64,000 nucleotides of DNA from positions 130,200,001-130,264,000 of the forward strand of contig OZ024741.1 of NCBI GenBank assembly GCA_964016885.1. Direction: 5' to 3'. Shown here piece after piece: positions 26,698 through 38,064 of this stretch. The stretch's first letter is position 1, and every line of letters begins with the position of its first letter. Source of the DNA: Eledone cirrhosa. Taxonomy: Eukaryota. The translations under genes were made by a program, and so were the position numbers. Below the pieces are notes generated by a model. It was given only the letters and a program-made list of their open reading frames with translations, was not told where the DNA came from and ran no database searches.

Positions 26698-26945
26698 CAC
26701 ATTGGGATGAGAACTTCCCTCAAGCTATAGGGACAGTAGCCCCGCCACACCAAACCCAAGATAAACCATCCCCTACACACTCACCAACCATACTCCTGCC
26801 TCGATCGACTCCTATAGCAACACATACTTATACATATGTCCATACAGATATTTTCGTTTAAAATTATACATACATAGATACTAACATGTATGTGTATGTG
26901 TGTATATATATATATATATGTGTGTGTGTGTATATAATGTGTGTA

Positions 26946-27004
<59 letters not shown>

Positions 27005-27009
<5 letters not shown>

Positions 27010-30000
27010 GAAAAATTGAACAGGGACAGAACAGAGAGGCAGTACGATAAATGTTTATTAAATTCACGCTCAGGAGAGTGGGGGGGGGGGGTAGGTGGGG
27101 GACGACGTTTCGGGCATAAGCCCTACTTCAGGTGAGAAGTGTGTGGGAACAGAGTTCAAAAGGTGTGTAGGGAGTGGTGGAGAGACATATAGCGAAAGGA
27201 AACGGTGCGAATGAAAAATTAACAAATAAAGACAAAAATATAATAAATAATAAATAAAAATAAAGCATGATCAAAATACAAGGAATGAGAAAATTTAAAA
27301 ATAAAGGCATGATCAAAATAAACTGAAATTAAAAGGGGGTTAAACAGGTGGTGGAAGGGTGTGGGGTGAGTAGGGGTGGTGGCGGGTGGAGTGGGGAGAG
27401 GGAGACGGGGTGTCCGAGCGGAGAGGGCTGAAGGTGGTGTGTGTGGTTAGGTGTGCGCGTGTGTGTGTGTGTGTGTATGTGAAAGTGAGGGTTGGGGGAA
27501 GAACGGGGTTGCATGTTCAGGAAGGTGTGTGTGGGGGGTGTTTTTGTGGGTCGGAGGGTCTGTGCGTGTGTGGATAGGGGGGTTGGGGGGAGAGGAATCA
27601 GGAGGCTGAGGGTGTAAATATGTGGTGGGAAGCACGTGTGTGTGGTTTACGCGTGTTGTGGGTGTGGGTGGCGTGTGGGTAAAAAAATTTTTTTGGGGTG
27701 TGTGTGTGGGTGAGTTATATAGGTGATGGTGTAAGAGGATGGTTGAAAAGTTGGTAAGTTACACGGATGTTTGGAGATTTTGGTTAGAAGTCAATATCGC
27801 GTGTGGGTAATCCAAGAAGCGGTGGTCGGAAGAGGAGAGATGTGGGGTGCGCGCGCAACAGGAAGTGGTCAGCAGTGGGAGTGCTATGGTCAGTTGGTGC
27901 TGAGACAGTGGTCGGAAGGGCATAGCAGCAGTCGGCGGAATGGTAGGGAGGCGAGGGTGGGTAGGTGTGAGAGTTGGAGTGAGGACGGTGTATGTGTGTG
28001 TGTGTGTGTGTGTGTATTAGTAGGGGTGTTAGTGGGATGAGTGAGTGTGGAGCGAGGAGAGAAGGGTGTGTGTGGTTCTATGGAGGGAGTGTGGTGTGCT
28101 GGTGTGTGTGTAGTTTGGTGAAGAGGTGTTAGTGGATGTTAGTATACGGGAGGTGGGGAGGGGTGGAATGCAGGTGTGAGTGGGGGTTAGTGGGGGTAGG
28201 GTGTGTAGAGTTGGTGGTGTACGAGGGTGTGTGGGTACGTGTGCGTGGGGTTGGAGGGTGTTAGTGATGTTAGTTGCGTGTGGGGTGGGTGGTGTAAGTG
28301 GGTGCGTGTGTGCGTGTGATAAGGAGGGGGGAGGAGGAGAAGAGGGGAGGGAAGGGATGTTAGTATGTTAGTTGGGGAAGGGTGGTCAGATGAGGGGTGG
28401 AGTGGAGGTGTTAGTATTGTTAGTGTGGGGTGGGCGGTGAAAAAGAGGGGTGTGTTAGTGGTGTTAGTGGGGGATAAGTGTGGGGGGAGGGGGGCGGTCG
28501 AACGCTAAAGGAATAAGGGTGGGGAGTTCATGCCGGGGGGAGTGTGGGTCTGTAAGATGAAGATAGTGCGTTGTTCGACCGTAAGGCGATGGGCGGGTGT
28601 TCCGTGGCACTGGAGTAGGCCACAGACTGTGAGATGGCGTGCGGAGTGTCCAGGGCCACCAAAGTGGCGGGCGATGGGGGAACTGCCCCCGAGACGAATA
28701 TCCCGGAGGTGCTCCGTGACTCGGTCCGCCAGGCGACGTCCCGTCTGTCTGACATAAGTCGCGCTGCACTCCGTGCAACGAAGTCCGTAGACTAGGTTGG
28801 AGGAGGTGCAGCGAAAGGCATGCCGGACCGAGAGAGGGTGGCCGTTGGGACCCTGGAAGGTGGTGGTGTTGGTGATGTGGGGACAGGTGTTGCAGCGGGG
28901 CCTAGAACAGGGGAAGGAACGGGGGGGGGCGTAGCGTGGGTTGGGGGGTAGGGAGCTGTGGACGAGGAGGGTGCGGAGATTGCGTGCGCGTTTGAAGGAG
29001 GGGAGTGGTGGGGTTGGGAAGATGTGGGAGGTGGAGGGGTCGGACTGGAGGCGTCGGAAGAGGCGGCGGATGGTGCGGTGGAGGGGTAAGGTGGAGGGGT
29101 GGTAGGTGATGAGAAGGGGAGACGGTGGGTTGGTGTGCGGTGGCGTGGGGTGAGGGTGGTGGAGCGGGGGATAGCACGGGCGCGGGTGAGAGCGGTGTGT
29201 GTGTGTGGGGGGGGGGGGGGGGGTAACCTCTGCGGATGAAATGGCTGACTAGGGAAAGGGCCTGGGACTCGAAGTCAGCATCTCGGCTACAGAGGCGGCG
29301 GATCCTGAGAAGTTGGGAGTAGGGAATGGAGAGTTTAGTGTGGGTGGGGTGGGAAGAGGTGAAGTCGAGGTAAGAGTGGGAGTCGGTGGGTTTGAAGAAG
29401 GCGGAGGTGACGAGGGAGTGGTGGGAGGGGTCGAAGGCGACGGAGATGTCCAAGAAGTGGACGTGGGTGGTGGAGATAGAGGTGGTGAAGTGGAGGGAGG
29501 GGTGGAAGGAGCAGAAGAAGGAGAGAAAGGAGTCGAGCTGTACTCGGGTGAGGGTCGTGGCTCCGATACAGTCGTCAATGTAACGACCGTACAGTTCGGG
29601 CGTGGGGCCGGTGTACTGGGCAAAGATTTGGGCCTCAACATGGCCAACAAAAAGGTTGGCATAGTTCGGGCCCATTCTTGTGCCCATGGCTACCCCCGTG
29701 ACCTGTTGGTAAAACTCACCCAAGAAGGAGAAACAATTTAGGGTGAGGACCAGCTCGGCGAGGCGAAGGAGGGTGGGGGTGGAGGGAATGGGGGAGGGGC
29801 GAAGGTCGAGGTAGTGTTTGAGGGCGCGAAGGCCGTCGGCGTGGGGGATGACGGTATAGAGGGACTTGATGTCTAGGGTGAAGAGGAATGGCTGAGGGCC
29901 GGGTAGGTAGGTGAAGGAGTCAAAAAGGCGCAGGGCGTGGTTGGTGTCAGAGATGTGGGAGGGGAGGGTGGTGACAAGGGGGGCGACGAGGGAGTCGAGA

Positions 30001-30040
30001 AAGGCGGAGATGAGTTCGGTGGGGCAGTTGCAAGCGGAGA
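27005..30040 (-). mobile_element. Neptune-like Penelope-like element, 5'-truncated (RT, Cys linker, GIY-YIG, long C/A-rich 3' UTR, HHR)
   Basis: RT motifs LDIKSLYT, GVAMGTRMGPNYANLF, RYIDD, FLD and KPTDSHSYL; PCSRPRCNTC; NLVYGLRC..TYVRQT..RVTEH..PPGMN; stop at 28505; frameshifts at the poly-G near 29207. Confidence 0.9.
27104..27134 (-). ncRNA. Minimal HHR motif of the Neptune-like pLTR; copies at 33334-33364 (-) and 49987-50017 (+)
   Basis: CTGA(A/G)G(A/T)-AGGGC-TTAT-GC(C/T)C-GAAAC-GTC. Stem I is not evident by eye. Confidence 0.6.
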
Positions 30041-31424
30041 CATATGGAATGGACCTGAGCCTGTGTTTGTGCGTGTGTGCTTGCAACGATGTGCGTTGAC
30101 ATACACGCATATGTACTTTATGCCGAAATAGGAACTGTAGTTCTTTGCATTTCCGGAGTTTGACCCTCAGGTCTTTGGTGTTTTACACTCCACTTTTATC
30201 TAATTTGCTCTTAAAACGCACCACTCGATGATAGTGTAAGAATTGTAATTCTTTTCACTTCCCGATTCTGACACGCAGGCTTTCTATTTCAGTTAATATT
30301 TTTCAAATTTTAATATTGGTTGTAACACACACGCATTTTTTATTTTATTTATTTATATTTTTTTATTTGCCCCCCCCCCCCCCCCCCCCCCCCTAAATAG
30401 GGAAGATCAGGGAGCCCCCAAGACCAAGGTCACCCTGAATACCACGAGCCAATGACCTATTCCAATCTTCCCTTTTCGACCTACCGGCTCATACTGAGAG
30501 TGGAACCAAACACTTTTGCCCCCCCCCCCCTCACCCCGATACACACATCTTTAATAAAATTCACTGGAGAAAGCACCTCCCTCTCCACACCTTTCTTTTG
30601 ATCTGGAACTTGAAAAAGTCGATGAAATTTTGACTTCAGCCATCTCAATAATATCTACCCCACGAACGCCTTTGTTATTGCCACCAGACAAAGAAAAACG
30701 TCATGCCCTTCTCGGTTAAGGGAGAATAGTTGAGTAATCTTCATTACGAACTCGGTGATAACTGGATCCGACCTAGATGCGACTCCAGTTGTTCGACAAC
30801 AGGTCAGTGTTGCCCGGACACTGAACTACTGTGAGCATAATGGTTTCGTCACCGTGTGTGCATTACTGTCAGGTCCGTATCACGGCACCACCATGCCTAT
30901 ATAGTTTATCCCGAACTGGTAGCGCTTCTCAGTTGTTCTGCAAGGCCAAAGACATATGGAAACTTGTGTATTTGCCATCACGGCGGATGAGGAATATATA
31001 GACTGCTGGAGTTCACATAGAAATCGGATGAGGTAATAATAAAAAAGATGACATAAAATGTATATATAATATCCAAAACATTACAGTTTCTCCTGATATA
31101 TAAAGTCAATCGAGGTGCCTCAAACATCCACAATCGCCCTGACCATCAAGGGGACGTACCTTCTTTCACCTATCTTTCTGTGACCTACAGGCATGCATTG
31201 GAGATATAACTGCTCACTCTTGTTATGTTCATCACTGTCCACCAACATTTAAAGCAAATTGCAGGAGAGTACCTCACTCCATTTACAGATTCCTTTTCAA
31301 ATGGAAATAGAAAAATATTGATGAGAGCTTCAGCGAAGAAAAACAGAACTCTCAGCTTTACAAAACACACGACTTCTTTTTCAATGTTACCAAACAGCGG
31401 AAAGGGACGAATTAGCAGGGTAGT

Positions 31425-31570
31425 TAGAACATTAAATCAAATGGTTTGCAGTATTCGTTCCGGCTCTCTGCTCTCTGAGTTAAAATGACCCCGAGATCAA
31501 CTTCGCCTTTCATCTTTTCCAGGTCAATAAGAAAAGTATAAGTCTAGCAACTGGGGTCAATTCTTCCTCT
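31425..31570 (+). mobile_element. Degenerate family-A SINE; other partial copies at 41335-41397, 42800-42960, 48230-48427, 48880-48998, 49123-49210, 62730-62880 and 63180-63380
   Basis: GAGTTAAAAT..CCGAGATCAACTTCGCCTTTCATC..CTGGGGTC resembles 8010-8090. Confidence 0.65.
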
Positions 31571-32788
31571 ATATCCCCTCTCTCTTCATTTCTATCCTTT
31601 TCTGGATAAATCTGCTGTGTTCAGATCTGGAGATAATATGGGCTCCGCCTGGTTTAAGATGCCAAATAAAAGACGTATGCCCATATCCCGACTCTGCGAC
31701 TCCATCAGGAGTTCGGGACTATACCATACCAAAACTAAACAGAGGAAACTACATGCTCTTTCCGGTTTAAGGTTTGATCTTCACGATGGACTCGGTCGAG
31801 GGACGGATCCATTCGACCCAAAGAGAGGAAATGTTGGATATGAATTAGAGGGAAGATTTTGAGGGAAGGAGTATTTTCTCATGAACAAGTAGTGAGGGAC
31901 CAAAGATAGGGAATTCAGTGTATATGTACATATGTATGCATGAGTGTCTTTTGTTTGCTTGCAACTGTATTGTGTATGTATATCTCGGTTTGAATTTGAC
32001 ACATTTATGTGCGTATGTGAGTGTATGTGTGTGTTCATATGTGTATGTGTGCTTGTGGATATATTTACGGGAGTATGTAGGCGTGAATATGCATCTCTAC
32101 CTCTCTATCCCCCTCTAATTCTCTCTGTATGCCTCTGTGTATGCCACCATTTTTGTATGAGTGCATATGCCTTTGTGTGAGTATATGTATAAGCGTGTAC
32201 GTTTGTATGAATGTATGAATGTATGTGTATGTATATGTATGTATGTGTGTGTATGTGTATGTATGTATGTATGTGTGCGCGCGCATGCGCGTGTGTTGAG
32301 CAGAATGTAAATCTTTCTTCTCCATTACACAGGTTTCTTCTTTCAAGAGTTGAATAAGGAAAAAACACTAAATAAACAGATTAATAAAAAAGCAAATATA
32401 ATTGACTCTCTACAACGCACCTCATAGGACTTCTGGCACTATTTCCCGATAGATGGCACTATCAGCCGATAAATGTACTTCTATTTGAGAAAACTACAAA
32501 CGCCAAGTATAAAAAATCTGGCGTCCTCCAATATCAAACGGATTATTTCCATTCCATTAACTCTCCTCCATAGAGAAATCTGCTCTCAGCAATCTAAGTA
32601 CACCTCCATTAAAGTTATCTCTTCCTATCGTTGGAGTTATTAATGTTGCTGTTGTTGTTTAGCCCTCGGCTAGACCTGATAGAGTAAAAAATATGATTAA
32701 AAAAATATTCCAGTTGTCACCAGAGCCGTCGCTAGGGTTTGACGCTAGAATGTGCTTTAAAGCTTTGAGGGTGGGTATACTAATCCAT

Positions 32789-32942
<154 letters not shown>

Positions 32943-32947
32943 CTATA

Positions 32948-33104
<157 letters not shown>

Positions 33105-33240
33105 AAAAATTGAACGGGAACAAAACAGAGAGGCAGTACGAACAATGACGGCTATGTATGTATGTATGTTCGCAAGCCCGCATCTACGTATGCAATTGGC
33201 ATGTATTTATGTATGTTTGTGTGTATGTATATATATATAT

Positions 33241-33615
33241 AATGGAAAAATTTGAACAGGAACAAAACAGAGAGGCAGTACAACGAATGTTTATTAGTTT
33301 CACGTTCTTGAGAGTGGGGTGGTGGTGGGGAACGACGTTTCGAGCATAAGCCCTTCTTCAGGTGAAAAGTGTGTGGGAAGAGAGTTCCAAGGGTGTGTAG
33401 GGGAGTGGTGGAGAGACATATAGAAAAAAGGGGGTGAGAGGAAACGATACAAATTAAATTAAATATAAAAGAATAATAAAAATAAAAATAAACATGAAGT
33501 AAAACAGGTGGTGGAAGGATGTGGGGCGTGTAGGGGTGGTAGCGGGTGGAGTGGGGAGAGGGAGGCGGGGTGTCCGAGCGGGGAGGGCTGAAAGGTGGTG
33601 TGTGTGTGTAGGTGT

Positions 33616-33654
<39 letters not shown>

Positions 33655-35629
33655 AAAGTAAGAGTTGGGGGAAGAACAGGGTTGCATGTTCAGGAAGAGG
33701 TATGTGTGAGGTGGGGTGTAGGTCGGAGTGTGTGTGCGTGTGTGGATGGGGAGGGGTCAGAGGGGTGGGGGAGAGGATTCCGGAGGCTGAGTGTGTAAAT
33801 ATGTGGTGGTACGCACGTGTGTGTGTGGTGTTTATGCGTGTTGTGTATGTAGGTGGCGTGTGGGAAAAACATTTTTTTTAGTGTATGTCAGTGGGTGAGT
33901 CCTTAATGTAGTTCCGTAGAGGATGTGGTGGAATGTTGGGTAATATCCTTGGGATGTGGTGGATTCTAGGGATCGATGTTCAATATGTGTAATCCGTGAA
34001 GAGATTGGTCGGAAGAGGGGAGATGTGGAGTGCGCGCACAACAGGAAGTCGTCAGAGGGTCAAGGCAGGAGGAGGGTTGTGTGTCTGTGTGTGCGGGGAG
34101 GTGGTCAGAGATAAGGGCATAGCAGCTGTCGGGTAGAATGGTAAGTGAAGAAAGTCGGTGTGTCAGTGTGTGCGGAGGTGCGGTGGACAGGAGAGAGGAT
34201 GGGTAGGTGTGAAAGTTGGAGTGAGGAGGGTGTGTGTGTGTATTAGTAGAGGTGTTAGTGGGATGTGTGTGTGTGTGTGTGAAAGGGTGTGGGTGGAGCG
34301 GGGAGAGAAGGGTGTGGGGGCCGGTGGAGGGAGTGTAGTGTACTGGTGTGTGTGTGCGTGTTTGGATGAGTGTGTGTGTGGTGAAGGGGGTGTTAGTGGG
34401 TGTTAGTATACTGGAGGTGGGGAAAGGGTTGAATGCAGGTGTGAGTGGGGGTCAGTGGTGGTAGGGTGTGTAGAGTAGGTGGTGTAAGAGGGTGTGTGTG
34501 TTCGTGTGCGTAGGGTTGGGGGTGTTAGTGATGTTAGTTGCGTGTAGAGTGGGTGGTGTAAGTAGGTGTGTGTGTTCGTGTGCGTGGGGTCGGGGGTGTT
34601 AGTGATGTTAGTTGCGGGGTGGTGGGGTGGATGTGTGGGGGTGAGGGTTAGTGGTGGTAGTAGGGTGTGTGTTTAGTGTGAGCGCGTGTATATATGTACC
34701 GGTTGGTATGTGCGTGTGATAAGGAGAGGGGGGAGAAGAAGGGAGGGATGTTAGTATGTTAGTTGGGGAAGGGTGGTCGGGTGTGGGGTGGAGGTGTTAG
34801 TATTGTTAGTTGTTGGGTGGGCGGTGAAAAGGAGGGGTGTTTTAGTGGTGTTAGTGGGGATATGTGTGGGATGAGGGGGGGCGGTCGAAGGCTAAAGGAA
34901 TAAGGGTGGGGAGTTCAGGCCGGGGGGAGTGTGGGTCTGTAGGGTGAAGATGGTTCGTTGTTCGTCCCTGAGGAGAGTGGCGGGTGTTCCGTGGCATTGG
35001 AGTAGGCCACCAAAGTTGCGGGCGATGGGGGAACTACCACCGAGACAAATATCCCGGAGGTGTTCAGTAAACCGGTCCGCCAGGCGATGTCCAGTCTGTC
35101 CGACGTAGGTTGCGCTGCACTCCGTGCAGCGAAGTCCGTAGACGAGGTTGCAGGAGGTGCAGCGGAAGGCATGCCGGACAGAGAGAGAGTGGTCGTTGGG
35201 ACCCTGGAAGGTGGTGGTGTTGGTGATGTGGGGACAGGTGTTGCAGCGGGACTTGGAACAGGGAAGGGAACCGAGGGGGTGGGTGGGGGTAGGGAGCTGT
35301 GGACGAGAGAGGGGGTAACCTCGGCGGATGAAATGGCTGACTAGGGAAAGGGCCTGGGACTCAAAGGGCCTGGGACTCAAAGTCAGCATCTCGGCTACAG
35401 AGGCGGCGGATCCTGAGGAGTTGGGAGTAGGGAATAGAGTGTTTAGTGTGTGTAGGGTGGGAAGAGGTGAAGTCGAGGTAGGAGTGGGAGTCGGTGGGTT
35501 TGAAGAAGGCGGAGGTGACGATGGAGTGGTGGGAGGGTCGAAGGCGACGGAGATGTCTAAGAAGTGGACGTGGGTGGTGGAGATAGAGGTGGTGAAGTGG
35601 AGGGAGGGGTGGAAGGAGCAGAAGAAGGA
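33241..35629 (-). mobile_element. Second Neptune-like PLE copy, more truncated and with internal deletions
   Basis: FCSFHPSLHFT..FLDISV..; PCSKSRCNTC..NLVYGLRC..TYVGQT..RFTEH..PPGLN; its 3' UTR is homologous to 27100-28500. Confidence 0.88.
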
Positions 35630-35649
35630 TATATATATATATATATATA

Positions 35650-38012
35650 AGTGGTTACACAACAGTTAGTTCACCATACCGAGAACAGTTGTTTAACCTT
35701 AGCGGATCCTCAGCTCGTAATTGGCATGGTTATACGGAACAGGAAGGACAACCGTACGAACGCGCATGCGCAGAAACCCGTCACTCCCCACAGGCAATAG
35801 TAAAATGCGTGCGAGAGGTGTAAGGGAGATAACTGCGAAAGTCCGAAAAGTTTTTAGTTGATAAGAAAAAATATTGATCTTGTTACAATAATTCCTTCAA
35901 TCCGGAGCTTTGTAGTTATGCAATAGGTGTTTCGAGACGTGTGGACAACGTGTGAAAAATTCATTTCTCGTGTTTAGGCAATCACTATTGCATAATCTCT
36001 TTAGAATATTTATTCGTTCGTCAATACACAGTCCACACGACGGATTTCCCCTTGCGTGTGGCTTGGACTTACTGATGACTTTCGATTAAATGGAGTAGTC
36101 TATACTTGAGTCCTTGAGGGACCATACGTGGCTCGCGAGTTTCGTGGATGAACGTCTGTCCGGGTACCTAAAGGTCGACTGATGGTTCAGGAAACGTTCC
36201 TTAAATCCGCCCTCCGCCATGCCCACATAGGATTTGACCTCTGTGGTTGGTTTGGTCGGCTGGAAGTGACCACAGCTTCATAAATTACAGCTGGTCTGTT
36301 GCATTGCTGTTGAAGGGGGCAAGCTTCGGGCTTACGGCAAGAGCACCCTAGTGGCGTGTTGCTCCTAGGGCTGCTGGTGATGCGGGCTTTCATGTTCTTA
36401 GCTCAGGAGTATCCTTGTTTTAATCTGTGTCGGTTAAAGATGGAGCGGTATTTATGGCCTATGGGAAAGTGTCTATCTAAGAGGGCTAGAAATTTTTTGC
36501 CTACATTGGTCTTAACGTTGAGTGAGAAGGGAGGAGAGAACCAGATAGTTTGTCTATTGTTGCGCTTTCTTTTCTTATTGCTTTTGTTGATAGTGGGAGA
36601 GTAAGTGATAGGTTGTGAGAAGCCGCTGTTAGCTAACGCCGTGTTATAGTAGGGTGCCGCCCTGTCAAAGATAGCCTTATTAGAGGAGAGGTTTGAGATT
36701 CTAGTACTGATATTATTTACGAAGTTTCTAAAAACAGTGGGAGGGTGGTATGAGTCCTTGTGAATGTAATTGAATTTTTCGTTTAGCTTATGGAAGGGTG
36801 TGTGGGTGTGTGTGCGGAGGTCTTAATTAATGTCTAAGAAATCTACGCTAGAGAGGTTGGTAGCTACTGTTATCCTAAGTCCTAACTCATTGAAGGTAGA
36901 AGTTAAGTCTTTTTTAAACCGGTCGAGGTCATGACCACTTTTATGGCTCGATAAGGTCAGTCCATCGTCGCGGTATTTTCCCGTGTGGAAGTCCGGGAAT
37001 CTAACACGTAATATGTCTAAAATAAATAGGCCAACCAAGTCATATACGTCAGCACTGTCAAACGATCCCATGGAGACGTCGAATAGGTCTGAAGTTGTAG
37101 ACTTCTTTGCCCAGGTTACTCCGTCGTTGAAGAGGAGGGTTTTCCGGCAGTGAGCAATGATTTCCCTGTCTAAACCATCGACGGTGGTGTAAGTGGTAGC
37201 GAAGTCCAACGCTTTGTTTAACAGGGTCTCTGAGATCGACGGGTAAAAATCAACAATGTCAAACTGTGTGAACTTCGCTTTTTGGGATTTTAAGGAGTTA
37301 AACCACTTAATTACGGAGTCGCTGTTCTCCCACTGGGGCAGGTTGGACTTTGTCCTAATGGTCTTAACTATGTTTCTAAGTATGGCCTTACTGACTAGTC
37401 CCATATCTGTGCGTTCCGGGTTTATTAGTCTACATGTGGGGTTAGAAGTAAAGTCTACCTTGTGATCTTTCAGGGTGAGGAACGCCTCCCGCTTAGCTAG
37501 AGATTGTAGCTTCTTATCTACCTTAAGGGCGGCGGCAAGTTCTTTGGCTTCTGTATTAATGTCGTGGTAGGCCATAGGGTTAGCTTTCTTATATTTGGAG
37601 GTAATAGCGTTATGGGCCAGGTGGCGTAAAGTGGTGTTGTCGACTTCGTAAATATTATTAGTTTTGTTGGAAAGAACGAAGGTGTTATTAGAAGACCTAA
37701 ATTTCTTAATATCATTTCTGAGTTTAGTTTGAAAGGTGATAGTGTTTTTGCGAAAGGAAATGTTAGCGACTAAGTCAAGAAGGTCCGTCTCGAAATTAGC
37801 AAGTTCAGTTATCTTAGGAGGGTAAGCTCTCAATTTCAGGTTGAAGGTGTTATTGGTGCCTGTAATTTTGCCGTCAAAAGCTAGGGCTCGGCATCTTAAG
37901 CGTCTGACGACATCTTTCGCTTTTTGTAGGATAAGCTTCTAGTAAACATGGTTGGAGGGAGTTGGAATGTTCTTCAGGGAGTAATCCAGTTCGTATAAAT
38001 CCATACTGACCT

Positions 38013-38013
<1 letters not shown>
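35650..38013 (-). mobile_element. Naiad-like PLE with a near full-length ORF (ATG 38004 to stop 35897) and a 3' HHR, inserted in (TA)n
   Basis: YSLKNIPTPS, KTNNIY, TLKDHK..CRLINP, QFDIVDFYPSI, FDVSMGSFD, YRDDGL, VDFLD, WFSPPF, CSCRKPEACPLQQQC, VIY..YVG, CGLC and RCPH. Stops near 37940, 36823 and 36403, and one frameshift. Confidence 0.92.
35680..35717 (-). ncRNA. HHR at the Naiad 3' end (GAAA mutated to TAAA); an intact-core copy lies at 43164-43199 (-)
   Basis: CGAG-CTGAGGA-TCC-GCTAA-GGT-(G/T)AAAC-AA(C/T)T-GTT-CTCG. Confidence 0.7.

Positions 38014-38061
<48 letters not shown>

Positions 38062-38064
<3 letters not shown>

Noticed and set aside
26707-26745. SECIS-like ATGA-N11-AAG hairpin downstream of the TGA-containing Naiad fragment
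   Set aside because: A short stem (ACTTCCCT/AGGGACAGT) exists, but the 3' GA of the non-Watson-Crick quartet is missing, and the segment is a local duplicate of 26671-26698.
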